Assembly: GCA_039802205.1 (NCBI GenBank)
Contig: JBDRWD010000001.1
Location: 13,658 to 77,657, forward strand
Reading direction: 5' to 3'
DNA length: 64,000 nt
DNA from: a candidate division WOR-3 bacterium
GTDB taxonomy: Bacteria; Hydrothermota; Tepidihabitantia; SM23-42; JAOAFX01
Shown here: one piece after another, positions 1 to 10,154 of the stretch
Numbering within the stretch: the first letter of the stretch is position 1
Layout of the letters: each line of letters opens with the position of its first letter
Position numbers and translations under genes: made by a program
The notes under the pieces: generated by a model
What the model was told of the DNA's origin: nothing
The model's input: the letters and a program-made list of their open reading frames with translations, nothing else
The model's database searches: none

Positions 1-1013
1 AATTACTGGAACAGATTTTGAAAAATATCAAAGAAACCTCAAGTATTGAAGCTCGAAAAAAACTTGCACGAGTTTATAACCAATTGGGTTCGATTTATTC
101 ACGCACCGGAGAATACGAGAAATCATTTGAAGCCTATAAACGCGCATTGAAGATCTATGAGATGCTTGATGATATGGCGGGTATGGCAGTTATATATAAT
201 AATATCAGTGGATATTATGCCCGACAGGGTGACTTTTATAAGGCCTTGGAATACCTCAACAATTCCCTGCAAATCGATATCAAAACCGGAAATCTCCTTG
301 CCCAAGCAATCGCTACTTATAACATTGGCGATATCTACTATCAATTAGGTGATTTGGAACAAGCGATTGAAAGATTTAATGAGTATTTAACAATAAATGC
401 TCAAATAAATAATCAATTAGGTAATGGCTATGGAAATTATGGGCTGGGGAGGGTTTACTTGGAAAAAGAAGATTTGAAGAAGGCAGAAGAGCATCTCAAC
501 CGGGCTTATGAAATTTTTCAAAAGTTAGGTAGTGTTTACCTTGCCACAAATGTGATGGCTACTATTGCAGAATTAGAGACAGAAAAAGAGAATTTTCTCC
601 AGGCGATCGCACTCTTTGATGAGTTAGAAAAAAAATTTGATGACCTCTGTGATATTGAAGGGAAATTAACATGTATTATTGGAAAAGCAGATGTGAAGAT
701 CAAACAGGCTTTGAAAGAAAAAAAACTTATGGTTAGCCATCTCTATTCGGCACTTGAATATCTGAATAATGTTCAAGCAATCCTTAAAGATGATATCGAC
801 TTAGAGATAAAATTTACAGTCGATTTTTACCTGGCGCAAGTAAACTATTATCTCACCAAAATAGATGATGCAAAAAGATTCTTTAACGCTGCAAAAGAAT
901 TATTGAAAAAAATCATTTCGAAAATTCCTGAAGGGGAACCCCAGAAAAAGTTTTTGGGTAAAAGGATTTATCGGAAATTTCAAGAACTTGAAAATCAGCT
1001 TTCTGGGTCTTAA
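1..1013 (+). CDS. TPR-repeat protein, 5' partial. The reading frame is open from the window edge; the ORF tool's first start at 18 is a TTG.
   Basis: Repeated 34-aa TPR-like units (…YNNISGYYARQGDFYKALEYLNNSL…, …YNIGDIYYQLGDLEQAIERFNEYL…). There is no stop between nt 3 and 18 in frame. Confidence 0.6.
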   Translation, partial: LLEQILKNIKETSSIEARKKLARVYNQLGSIYSRTGEYEKSFEAYKRALKIYEMLDDMAGMAVIYNNISGYYARQGDFYKALEYLNNSLQIDIKTGNLLAQAIATYNIGDIYYQLGDLEQAIERFNEYLTINAQINNQLGNGYGNYGLGRVYLEKEDLKKAEEHLNRAYEIFQKLGSVYLATNVMATIAELETEKENFLQAIALFDELEKKFDDLCDIEGKLTCIIGKADVKIKQALKEKKLMVSHLYSALEYLNNVQAILKDDIDLEIKFTVDFYLAQVNYYLTKIDDAKRFFNAAKELLKKIISKIPEGEPQKKFLGKRIYRKFQELENQLSGS

Positions 1014-1034
1014 AAGACCTAAATTAAAAAAAAA

Positions 1035-1108
1035 TGGGCGGTGAGTGATTTGAACACTCGACCTTCGGTATGTGAGACCGACGCTCTAACCAACTGAGCT
1101 AACCGCCC
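1035..1108 (-). tRNA. tRNA-Val (anticodon CAC)
   Basis: The reverse complement folds as a cloverleaf: acceptor GGGCGGT/ACCGCCC, D-stem GCTC/GAGC, anticodon stem TCGGT/ACCGA with loop CTCACAT, T-stem GAGTG/CACTC, T-loop TTCAAAT, discriminator A. Confidence 0.8.
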
Positions 1109-1239
1109 AAAGACGATTTATATATTTTTAATTAATTTTAGAAAAAGCTGCGCAGAAAATAATCAAATGTTTCTTCCATTTAAATTATCGTTTACATTTT
1201 TTGATAACACTTTTAATTTCATTCATCATCATGAAATAT

Positions 1240-1857
1240 TCAAAATACGTTACGGATGACTCTTCGTCCCACAATACGAAATTCACCGGAAAGGACCAGG
1301 TTTATCGCTTCGGTATAAATCCTATGTTCTTCCTTAAGAATCCTTTCAGCAAGGGTTTCGGGAGTATCATCATCAAGGACCGGAACTACGGCCTGGGTAA
1401 TAATCGGTCCTCCATCCACGGTTTCATCCACAAAATGGACAGTGCAACCCGAATATTTGACGCCATATTCAAAGGCTTTTTTTTGTGCTTCTAAACCGGG
1501 GAAGGCTGGAAGCAGAGAAGGATGAATATTCAAAATTCTATTAGGAAAGGCACTCAGCAATGGTTTTTTTATAATCCGCATAAACCCTGCCAGGCAGACC
1601 AGATAAACATCATGCTCTTTTAAAACCCGCACATAATTTTCTTCATATTCAGGCAATAACCAGGTCTTTTTGGGACCAGGATCAAGATAGAGCGCCTTTA
1701 TGTTATGGGCGCGTGCAATCTCTAATGCTCGGGCATTAGGATTATCGCTCAAGACTAAAACAAGATTAGCAATGCAGGTACCATTCTCAATATTTCGTAT
1801 GATGGCTTCTAAATTTGACCCGCGTCCAGAAGCAAGAACGGCGATATTTCTATTCAT
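1240..1857 (-). CDS. purN: phosphoribosylglycinamide formyltransferase
   Basis: N-terminal VLASGRGSNLEAI, and HPSLLPAFPG/HFVDE motifs typical of the PurN formyltransferase fold. Confidence 0.85.
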   Translation of the reverse strand: MNRNIAVLASGRGSNLEAIIRNIENGTCIANLVLVLSDNPNARALEIARAHNIKALYLDPGPKKTWLLPEYEENYVRVLKEHDVYLVCLAGFMRIIKKPLLSAFPNRILNIHPSLLPAFPGLEAQKKAFEYGVKYSGCTVHFVDETVDGGPIITQAVVPVLDDDTPETLAERILKEEHRIYTEAINLVLSGEFRIVGRRVIRNVF

Positions 1858-1919
1858 GGTTAAATTCTACTCAGGCAAATAAAAAAGTCAATAGGGCGAT
1901 TTGTATCATTAAGATTATG

Positions 1920-1948
1920 TTGACAAAAATCAATCTTTTGTTATATTT
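1920..1948 (+). promoter_or_regulatory. sigma70-like promoter (TTGACA-17 nt-TATATT) directly abutting the radical-SAM ATG
   Basis: TTGACA at 1920-1925 and TATATT at 1943-1948, with the ATG at 1954. This implies a leaderless or near-leaderless transcript. Confidence 0.3.
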
Positions 1949-1953
1949 ACTCA

Positions 1954-2709
1954 ATGAATCGATTCGACCCCTTAAAGAAGGCAGATGAAATTCGGTCGGT
2001 CGTGGTGCGGGATAGGCAACGGAAATATTATCGAGTCACGCGCCCGGGCAAATGGTACGGAGGTATCGCCACCGCCGATTGTTGCGGTTGTAATTTGAAT
2101 TGCGTTTTCTGCTGGAGCAATAAACCCCGGGACAATCCGGATAAGATTGGCAATTTCTATTCCGCAGAAGAAGTTGCTGCCAGTCTTATCCGTTGTGCCC
2201 AAAAATATAATTACCGTTATGTCCGCATAAGCGGTAATGAACCAACGATTTGTAAAGAACATCTGCTTTCGGTATTATCAATTATTAGCAGAACGAAACT
2301 CATCTTTATTCTTGAAACCAATGGAACACTTATCGATAAAGATTTTATTAGAGAGCTTACCCCATTCTCTAATCTCCATATCCGCATTTCTTTAAAGGGG
2401 ACGACACCGGAGGAATTTGCCATGCTCACCGGTGCAATACCCGAGAGTTTTAATTTAATTTTAGATAATTTAAATAATCTGGTAAATGCTAACCTAAGTT
2501 TCAATCTTGCTGTAATGCTTTCATTTAGTCCGGACAAAAATGTTCTCTTGTTGAAAGAAAGATTGGGAAGGATATCTCGACGCATAATAGCCGATTTTGA
2601 AGAAGAATATGTTTTTCTCTATCCCCATGTTGTAAAGCGTTTGAAAGAAAACGGTATAAGGCCTCTCATTGCTTATACGCCTGATGGGGTCCCCCGGGAA
2701 CTCATTTGA
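1954..2709 (+). CDS. radical SAM protein, family unassigned
   Basis: CNLNCVFC (Cx3Cx2C) motif near the N-terminus and a glycine-rich SAM-binding region (RISGNEPT). About 250 aa. Confidence 0.65.
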   Translation: MNRFDPLKKADEIRSVVVRDRQRKYYRVTRPGKWYGGIATADCCGCNLNCVFCWSNKPRDNPDKIGNFYSAEEVAASLIRCAQKYNYRYVRISGNEPTICKEHLLSVLSIISRTKLIFILETNGTLIDKDFIRELTPFSNLHIRISLKGTTPEEFAMLTGAIPESFNLILDNLNNLVNANLSFNLAVMLSFSPDKNVLLLKERLGRISRRIIADFEEEYVFLYPHVVKRLKENGIRPLIAYTPDGVPRELI

Positions 2710-2736
2710 ATGGTGTGAGAGAAAAAGGGGAATAAA

Positions 2737-3753
2737 ATGGTGAAAATAGACGGCTCTTATCTGGAAGGCGGTGGTCAGATTTTACGCACGGCGGTGGCAC
2801 TTTCCGCCATCACTAAAAAAAGCGTCCAGATTTACAACATTCGAAAAGGCCGGGAAAAACCAGGTTTAAAAGCTCAGCACCTTGAAGGGATTAAGGCGGC
2901 AGCGAAGATTTGTCATGCTCAGGTCACCGGCGCTGAATTGAATTCGATGGAGGTTACCTTTGTTCCGGAGCTAATAAAGGGTGGATTTTACTACCTGGAT
3001 GTAAAAACTGCCGGTGCAATAACACTTATCCTCCAGACGCTTACTCCCTTGGGTATTTTTGCCTCGGATGTTTTGCGTTTAAATATCCGAGGAGGCACGG
3101 CTGTTCCTTTCAGCCCCACAATTTTTTATTTCAAAGAAGTTTTCTGTTTTTATTTAATGAAAATGGGCGTGGAGGTTTCTGTAGAAATAAAGAGGCACGG
3201 ATTTTATCCCCGAGGTGGGGGAGAGGTGTCGGTCGTTATTTACCCTGGAACTTTAAAGCCAATTTACTTAATTGACCCAGGGGAATTTAGAAAGATAGAA
3301 ATTTTCGCGATCTCGTCTGAACACCTTAGGAGCACCAGGGTAGCGGAAAGACTTATCATGGGATTTCAAAGGATATACCCAAAAGTTGAATCCAGATATC
3401 AATATGTTGATACGGACTCAGCTGGTTGTTTCATCCATTCGCACGCCATCTTTGAAAATTGTGTGATTGGAGTTGACGGTTTAGGCGAAAGAGGTAAACC
3501 TGCCGAGGAAGTAGGTATCCAGACCGCAAAAAGTTTAAAAGAAATTTTAAAAAATGCACCCTGTGTTGATGATCATATGGTAGACCAGATTATTCCGTAT
3601 ATGGGACTTTCCACCTACACCACGGAACAGCAGACGGCAGTAAAATTTTCACAACTAACCCTCCATGCCAAGACAAATATCTGGGTGGTGGAAAATTTTT
3701 TGCCGGTCAAATTTGAAGTCCAGAATAATATTTTGCTGTGCACCAAAATTTAA
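2737..3753 (+). CDS. rtcA: RNA 3'-terminal phosphate cyclase
   Basis: IDGSYLEGGGQILRTAVALSAITKKSVQIYNIRKGREKPGLKAQH closely matches the RtcA N-terminal signature. About 340 aa. An RBS (GGGGAA) precedes the ATG. Confidence 0.8.
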   Translation: MVKIDGSYLEGGGQILRTAVALSAITKKSVQIYNIRKGREKPGLKAQHLEGIKAAAKICHAQVTGAELNSMEVTFVPELIKGGFYYLDVKTAGAITLILQTLTPLGIFASDVLRLNIRGGTAVPFSPTIFYFKEVFCFYLMKMGVEVSVEIKRHGFYPRGGGEVSVVIYPGTLKPIYLIDPGEFRKIEIFAISSEHLRSTRVAERLIMGFQRIYPKVESRYQYVDTDSAGCFIHSHAIFENCVIGVDGLGERGKPAEEVGIQTAKSLKEILKNAPCVDDHMVDQIIPYMGLSTYTTEQQTAVKFSQLTLHAKTNIWVVENFLPVKFEVQNNILLCTKI

Positions 3754-3812
3754 CGATTTTCTCTCAAGCAAATTCACTCTTGAAATTTTTAATAATCCGC
3801 GTATAATCGCAT

Positions 3813-5003
3813 ATGCGTTTATATGAGTTTGAAGGTAAAATGTTACTCCGGCGAAAAAAAATTCCGGTACCGGAGGGCGTGGTCGTGGATAGGAATTCAT
3901 TCTTTGAACTTGATAAAGTGGTGTATCCAGTGGTCATTAAAGCCCAGGTTTTCTTAGGTGGACGGGGAAAAGCCGGGGTCATTCAATTCGCAAATGACCG
4001 GACCGAAGCCGAGGAAAAGATAAATGCGTTGTTGGGTAAAAAACACGGACCATTTGTTATAGAAAAAGCCCTGGTTGAAAGAAAACTAGACATCGCTCAG
4101 GAATTGTATGTTGCTGCCCTCATTGATCGGATTGTCCATAAACCACTTTTGATGGTGTGTAAACGTGGGGGTGTTGATATCGAAGAAATTGCCCAAAGCA
4201 CCCCCGGGGAGATTAAAAAATATTATTTTGACGCAGGAGAAAAGATATTAGAGCATCAGGCACGAAAAATTGCAGGTGAATTGGAATTCAAAGGTAATTT
4301 ATTGACCGGAATAGCAAACGTGATTTTTAATCTCTATAATCTCTTTCTTGATTATGATTGCAAACTCGTTGAGATTAACCCCCTGGCAATAACCCAAGAT
4401 CAAAGGATTTTTGCTCTGGATGCGAAAATTGACTTGGATGAAGATGCGATGTTCAGGCATCCCGATTTGAAAGAGATGGGAATAGTGGCAAGAAATGAAA
4501 TAGGCGAATTGACTGAAAGAGAAAAATTAGCAAAGGCTGCCGGAATTCCGTATGCGGATGTGGACCCAGAGGGTGATATTGGTGTATTCCCGGGTGGAGC
4601 AGGTTTTGGCATTGCGGCGCTGGATTTAATAACCCATTATGGAGGCAGACCTGCCAATTTTATGGACTCGGGCGGTGCTCCAACCCAAGAGAAATTGAAG
4701 GCGATGCTGGGTTTATTGATGGATAATCCTAAAGTGAAGGTGATTTTTGGGGCACGCTTTGGTGGCATTTCCCGCTGCGATGACTGGGCAAAAGCAGTTG
4801 TCCAATATGTAATTGAAAATAAACCACAAAAACCGATGATAATGAGAATGGCAGGGAATATGGAAGAAGAAGGAAGAAGGATCTTTGAGATGGCAAAACG
4901 CGAAAATCCAGAATTGTTCAAAAATATAAAGGTTTATGCCTATGATACACCTATTGAAGAAGTAATTAAAGAGGCAATTCGGGTGGCGAGGGAGATACCT
5001 TAA
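3813..5003 (+). CDS. sucC: succinyl-CoA synthetase beta subunit (ATP-grasp)
   Basis: N-terminal LYEFEGKMLLRRKKIPVPEG (ATP-grasp) and C-terminal CoA-ligase domain. The alpha-subunit gene follows immediately. Confidence 0.8.
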   Translation: MRLYEFEGKMLLRRKKIPVPEGVVVDRNSFFELDKVVYPVVIKAQVFLGGRGKAGVIQFANDRTEAEEKINALLGKKHGPFVIEKALVERKLDIAQELYVAALIDRIVHKPLLMVCKRGGVDIEEIAQSTPGEIKKYYFDAGEKILEHQARKIAGELEFKGNLLTGIANVIFNLYNLFLDYDCKLVEINPLAITQDQRIFALDAKIDLDEDAMFRHPDLKEMGIVARNEIGELTEREKLAKAAGIPYADVDPEGDIGVFPGGAGFGIAALDLITHYGGRPANFMDSGGAPTQEKLKAMLGLLMDNPKVKVIFGARFGGISRCDDWAKAVVQYVIENKPQKPMIMRMAGNMEEEGRRIFEMAKRENPELFKNIKVYAYDTPIEEVIKEAIRVAREIP

Positions 5004-5005
5004 AT

Positions 5006-5881
5006 ATGGCAATATTGATTGACGAACACACCAAAACCATAGTGCAGGGCATCACTGGTGCCAATGCTGCCCTTCATACGAAATTGATGCTGGAATACGG
5101 CACAAAGATTGTCGGTGGTGTGACGCCAGGTAAAGGAGGACAAAAGGTTGAAGGGGTTCCGGTATATGATACAGTTGCGCAGTGTTTGAAAGAACACCCT
5201 GACGCCACGGTTTCCAGCATCTGGGTTCCAGCAAGATTCGCAAAAGAGGCAATTCTTGAGGCGATTGATGCAGGAATAAAAACAGTGGTGGTAATTACCG
5301 AGCGGATTCCAATCCATGATATGCTTTATGTCCGTGAAAAGGCAAAAGAAAAGGGGGTTGTGGTAATCGGAGGTAATACCCCAGGATTGATATCGCCAGG
5401 AAAGTGCCTTGTTGGTATGCTTCCCAAGATTGCTTTTCAACCCGGTAGGATCGGCACGGTAGCACGAAGTGGGGCAGTGACCTACTATATTGCAAACTCT
5501 TTGAATCTTGCGGGACTCGGTGAATCAACATCCGTTGGATTGGGTGGCGATCCGATTCTTGGTTCTAATTTTGAAGATATTTTAAAACTTTTTGAAGAAG
5601 ATCCCGAGACCGATGCAATTGTTTTGGCAGGGGAAATCGGTGGTGTTTATGAAGAACTCGCAGCACCATATATCAAACAAATGAAAAAGCCGGTCATCGC
5701 TTATATTACCGGGAAATCCGCACCCCAGGGTAAAAGATTGGGTCATGCCGGTGCAATAATTGAAGGAAATATGGGTACTGCCCAGAGTAAAATTGAGGCA
5801 TTGAAAAACAATGGAGCATTGATTGCCGAAACCTTGAGTGAGATACCCATACTAGTAAAGAAGGCACTGAGCATCAAATAG
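5006..5881 (+). CDS. sucD: succinyl-CoA synthetase alpha subunit
   Basis: ILIDEHTKTIVQGITG…GVTPGKGG and the phosphohistidine-loop region GxxSRSG. Starts 2 nt after the sucC stop. Confidence 0.88.
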   Translation: MAILIDEHTKTIVQGITGANAALHTKLMLEYGTKIVGGVTPGKGGQKVEGVPVYDTVAQCLKEHPDATVSSIWVPARFAKEAILEAIDAGIKTVVVITERIPIHDMLYVREKAKEKGVVVIGGNTPGLISPGKCLVGMLPKIAFQPGRIGTVARSGAVTYYIANSLNLAGLGESTSVGLGGDPILGSNFEDILKLFEEDPETDAIVLAGEIGGVYEELAAPYIKQMKKPVIAYITGKSAPQGKRLGHAGAIIEGNMGTAQSKIEALKNNGALIAETLSEIPILVKKALSIK

Positions 5882-6020
5882 TTTTGCCGAATTATCTGCC
5901 GCAAATAATCAAAACTCCTCCTTATTTCAACATATTAGCATTCTCTTAATGAAAAAATTCTTTTTTTTGGGATATTTAATTATGGTCCGGAAAAGCAAGA
6001 TTACTGTTGACACTGGGTAA

Positions 6021-9002
6021 TTGTTCAATATAATTAAGTATATGTTCGCTAAAATACTGACTAAAATTTTTGGCACCAAAACGGAACGCGAATTAAAACG
6101 ACTATGGCCTATTGTCGAAAAAATCAATTCCATCTATCCCAAACTTCAAGGAGTGGATTTAGTCAAAACTACTGAGGATTTTAAAAAAAGAATCGCCCAG
6201 GGCGAATCCCTTGATGACCTTTTGCCTGAAGCCTTTGCTCTGGTTAAAGAGGCTTGCCGGAGATTGGTGGGTAAGAAATGGCCGGTGGTGGAGATTGAAA
6301 CCGAATGGAATATGATTCCCTTCGATGTCCAGCTGATAGGCGGGATAGTTCTTCACGAAGGTAAAATTGCGGAGATGAAAACAGGGGAAGGGAAAACTTT
6401 GGTGGCGACGATGCCATTATATCTAAACGCATTGACCGGCCGGGGTGTTCATCTTGTTACGGTCAATGACTACCTGGCAAGGCGGGATAGAGAATGGATG
6501 GGCCCAGTCTATGAATCCTTAGGACTGACCGTCGGTGTTCTCCAGCAGGGGATGGAGACCCAACCGCGGAAAGAAGCGTATAATTGTGATATTACCTACG
6601 GCACAAACAACGAATTCGGTTTTGATTATCTTCGAGACAATATGGTTTGGAACTGGGAAGATAAAGTCCAACGGGGACATTATTATGCTATTGTCGATGA
6701 GGTAGATAGTATTCTGATTGACGAAGCAAGGACTCCATTAATTATTTCAGGTCCAGTAGAGAGAGAAACAAAAAGCTTTGACGAATTAAATCCCATTGTC
6801 CGTAGGCTCTATTCTGCTCAAACCGTGCTAGTAAACCAGATAGTTGAGGAGGCAAAAAAATTGCTCGAAGAAGGAAAAGAAAAAGAAGCAGGAATTAAAT
6901 TACTCCAGGCAAGACGGGGGGCACCAAAAAACAAACAACTTCTGAAATTAGAACAGGAAACTGGAATCAAACGGTTGATAGAAGAAACTGAATTGAATTT
7001 CATAAGAGAAAAAAGTTTTAGCAAAATTGATGAGGAATTATATTTTGTTATCGACGAAAGAATGCACATAGTCGATCTAACCGAAAAAGGCCGACTTTTC
7101 ATTTCACCCAATAACCCAGAAATGTTTGTTTTACCAGATTTGAGCGAAAAGATCGGCAGAATTGAACGGGATGAAAAATTATCGCCCAAGGAGAAATTCA
7201 TTGCTAAAGAAAAGGCTTTTGAAGAGTATGCTAAAAAAAGCGAGATTTTAGCAAATTTACGTGCCCTTTTAAGGGCTTATTCGCTTTTTGAGAAAGATGT
7301 TGAGTATGTTGTTCAGGAGGGAAAGGTAATAATTGTTGATGAGTTTACAGGCAGATTGATGCCAGGAAGGAGATTTTCTGATGGTTTACATCAAGCGCTT
7401 GAAGCAAAAGAAGGGGTGCGCGTTCAAGAAGAAACTCAAACTTTTGCAACAATAACAATACAGAATTATTTCCGGATGTATGAGAAACTGGCAGGGATGA
7501 CCGGGACTGCTGCTACTGAGGCGAATGAATTTTGGGAAATTTATAAACTGGATGTTGTGGAGATACCCACCAAAGAACCGGTACGCCGGATTGATTATGA
7601 AGACATTGTCTATCGTTCCAAAAGGGAAAAATACAATGCAGTCATTGAGGAAATTGTTAAATGGCATAAGGAAAAAAGACCCGTGCTGGTGGGAACTACC
7701 TCGGTAGAAGTTTCAGAGGTGCTTTCTCGACTTTTGCAGCGTAAAGGGATTCCTCACAATGTTTTGAATGCCAAACATCATCAGCGTGAGGCAGTAATTG
7801 TAGCGCAAGCAGGACAACCCGGAGCGGTTACAATTGCCACCAATATGGCAGGTCGAGGTACGGATATCAAACTTGGGCCTGGCGTGGTAAAATGTGATAA
7901 ATGTTGTATAAAATGTCCGGATCAGAATTGTGCTCAGTGTTCTCATGAATTTAAAAAAGAATGCTTTAAAGAAGTTCCTTGTGGACTTTATATCATTGGC
8001 ACCGAACGACATGAATCAAGAAGAATTGACAATCAGCTACGTGGTCGGAGCGGCCGACAAGGTGACCCCGGTTCTTCACGTTTCTTTCTATCTCTTGAAG
8101 ATGATTTAATGCGCATCTTTGGTTCTGATAGGGTTGCAGATATCATGGATCGCTTCGGAGGGGGGGACCAGAAACCACTTACCCATCCATTGGTTACTAA
8201 GGCGATTGCTAATGCCCAAAAAAGAGTAGAAGAAAATCATTTTGAAGTAAGAAAACATCTTCTGGAATATGATGATGTGATGAACCGGCAGCGCGAAATT
8301 ATTTATAAAATGCGCGATGAAATTCTTAAGGGTGAGAATTATGAGGAACTTATTTTTAGAAATTTTGAAACGACAATTGAAAACATTATTCTGAAATATA
8401 CCGATGAAAAAAAAGAATCAGAAGAATGGAATTGGGATGCTTTAATTGGTGAATTCAATCAATTATTTGCTACAAATTTCTTTTTGAGTAAAGACGAGCA
8501 GGCAAAAATAAAACAAACCGAATTATTTGATAGACTTTTGGAAAAAGCAAAAGAGGCGTATTACCAGCGGCGCCAGTACTATGAACCGGTAATGTTTAAG
8601 GAGATGTTGAAATCAATTCTGCTCCTTACCATAGATAATCGCTGGCGCGAACATCTCTATGCACTTGATGCCTTACGCGAAGGGATCAGCTGGCGGAGTT
8701 ATGCTCAAAAAGATCCATTGGTAGAATATAAACAAGAATCATTTAAGATGTTTGATGAACTTTTAAATGAAATCGCTCGCGATGTTTCTGGGATTGTTTT
8801 CCGTGCAACTCCCAAACCGGTAACGCGGAAACCTCTCGTAACTGTTGAGTACAAACCCACTCTTGATAGCGAAAATGATGCAAAGGTTGAAATGATTAAA
8901 CCCCAAACTCAGGTTCGAATGCAAAAAGTAGGAAGGAACGATCCATGTCCATGCGGAAGCGGAAAGAAATATAAAAAATGTTGCGGTAGGAACATTGGAT
9001 GA
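6021..9002 (+). CDS. secA: preprotein translocase ATPase SecA. A second Met at 6042 ([11 protein letters not shown]) may be the true start.
   Basis: Canonical SecA N-terminus ([14 protein letters not shown]), DEAD-like motor motifs ([60 protein letters not shown]) and a C-terminal Zn finger ([14 protein letters not shown]). Confidence 0.92.
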   Translation: MFNIIKYMFAKILTKIFGTKTERELKRLWPIVEKINSIYPKLQGVDLVKTTEDFKKRIAQGESLDDLLPEAFALVKEACRRLVGKKWPVVEIETEWNMIPFDVQLIGGIVLHEGKIAEMKTGEGKTLVATMPLYLNALTGRGVHLVTVNDYLARRDREWMGPVYESLGLTVGVLQQGMETQPRKEAYNCDITYGTNNEFGFDYLRDNMVWNWEDKVQRGHYYAIVDEVDSILIDEARTPLIISGPVERETKSFDELNPIVRRLYSAQTVLVNQIVEEAKKLLEEGKEKEAGIKLLQARRGAPKNKQLLKLEQETGIKRLIEETELNFIREKSFSKIDEELYFVIDERMHIVDLTEKGRLFISPNNPEMFVLPDLSEKIGRIERDEKLSPKEKFIAKEKAFEEYAKKSEILANLRALLRAYSLFEKDVEYVVQEGKVIIVDEFTGRLMPGRRFSDGLHQALEAKEGVRVQEETQTFATITIQNYFRMYEKLAGMTGTAATEANEFWEIYKLDVVEIPTKEPVRRIDYEDIVYRSKREKYNAVIEEIVKWHKEKRPVLVGTTSVEVSEVLSRLLQRKGIPHNVLNAKHHQREAVIVAQAGQPGAVTIATNMAGRGTDIKLGPGVVKCDKCCIKCPDQNCAQCSHEFKKECFKEVPCGLYIIGTERHESRRIDNQLRGRSGRQGDPGSSRFFLSLEDDLMRIFGSDRVADIMDRFGGGDQKPLTHPLVTKAIANAQKRVEENHFEVRKHLLEYDDVMNRQREIIYKMRDEILKGENYEELIFRNFETTIENIILKYTDEKKESEEWNWDALIGEFNQLFATNFFLSKDEQAKIKQTELFDRLLEKAKEAYYQRRQYYEPVMFKEMLKSILLLTIDNRWREHLYALDALREGISWRSYAQKDPLVEYKQESFKMFDELLNEIARDVSGIVFRATPKPVTRKPLVTVEYKPTLDSENDAKVEMIKPQTQVRMQKVGRNDPCPCGSGKKYKKCCGRNIG

Positions 9003-10102
9003 AACCCTATCAAGTAAATCTCTTTGCAGAAGAAGAAAAACCAATAATCTTTTTACCATCCGAACCTGTATTTGTTTATAACAATAAAAAATATTTAAAT
9101 TTTTCTTTAGCAGATTGTTTTAATCGCCGTAATAATGAATACTTAATCGAAAATGCAAAACTTAATTTTAACAATCGAAATATTGTAGACATTCGAGATC
9201 CTGACGGTTATCTTGATGCCTTGAAAAAGGTGATGATTGATTTTAAAAAACTGGATTCAATATGTATTTTTTCTGATGAAATATCGGCAGTTTATGCAAT
9301 CAGCTCAATTTTTAGTTCAAAAGTTACATTTTTTCTTGATGCCGAAACTTCTCCTCAGCTGAATGCGCTTCTCAAATATCGAAATGTAGAGTATTATAAC
9401 CATAAAGATATGGAGAGTTTTGCTAAACTTTTAGCTGTACATTCGGAAAAAGTGGTGATCATAGACGGTCTTTATGAATGGTTAGGTTATGCTGCTCCTG
9501 TTAGTGATATTTTGAAGGTTGCCAAGGAAAATCAGGCTACGGTGATTGCTAACGAAATAAATTCTTTTGGTCTTCTTGGGCGGGATGGTCGGGGCATAAT
9601 GGACCTTTATAATCTTTATGATGAAGTAAATATCGAGCTTGGTAGCTTCAGTCGGCATCTAGGAGGTTATGGCGCATATATCGGAGCTAAAAAATATTTG
9701 ATTAACAAAATAATTGAACATACAAACGACATGTTCATGCCAGTTCCGAAATTTATGCTCGCAGTGAATATCGCAAGTATTGAGATGTTAAAAAATGAAT
9801 CCAAAAACCGGAACGATTTTTCCAGGATGTGGGCAAATAGCCGGTTTTTCATAAACCGTTTGAAACAGATTGGTTTAAGGACACTTAGCGAAACTCCGGT
9901 GGTGGTCCTTATTTTAAACAATAACCAAGAAGCAGAATTATTGAGGCAACGACTCTTTGCCGACGGGATAATTGCCAGTGTCAATAGAGAAAGATTACGG
10001 TTTATCCTTTCCATTGAGCATTCAAAATCGGATCTTGAATATACCCTTGATAGGATTGAGGCTCATTTTAAAGATATGGCAATCATCTATCCTAATACCT
10101 AA
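8999..10102 (+). CDS. alpha-oxoamine synthase (BioF/KBL class-II aminotransferase)-like protein with a degenerate PLP site; probable pseudoenzyme
   Basis: The ATGA start/stop overlaps the secA stop, which indicates translational coupling. The fold motifs align to the AOS family (…YLNFS…, …GLLGRDGRG…, …[16 protein letters not shown]…). The PLP-stacking His is Asn (ANEIN) and the Schiff-base Lys is Arg (SFSRHLG). Confidence 0.5.
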   Translation: MKPYQVNLFAEEEKPIIFLPSEPVFVYNNKKYLNFSLADCFNRRNNEYLIENAKLNFNNRNIVDIRDPDGYLDALKKVMIDFKKLDSICIFSDEISAVYAISSIFSSKVTFFLDAETSPQLNALLKYRNVEYYNHKDMESFAKLLAVHSEKVVIIDGLYEWLGYAAPVSDILKVAKENQATVIANEINSFGLLGRDGRGIMDLYNLYDEVNIELGSFSRHLGGYGAYIGAKKYLINKIIEHTNDMFMPVPKFMLAVNIASIEMLKNESKNRNDFSRMWANSRFFINRLKQIGLRTLSETPVVVLILNNNQEAELLRQRLFADGIIASVNRERLRFILSIEHSKSDLEYTLDRIEAHFKDMAIIYPNT

Positions 10103-10154
10103 ACCTTGACGAATTTGGAATTTTGATTATACTCTATGTTTGAAAGGAGGTTAA

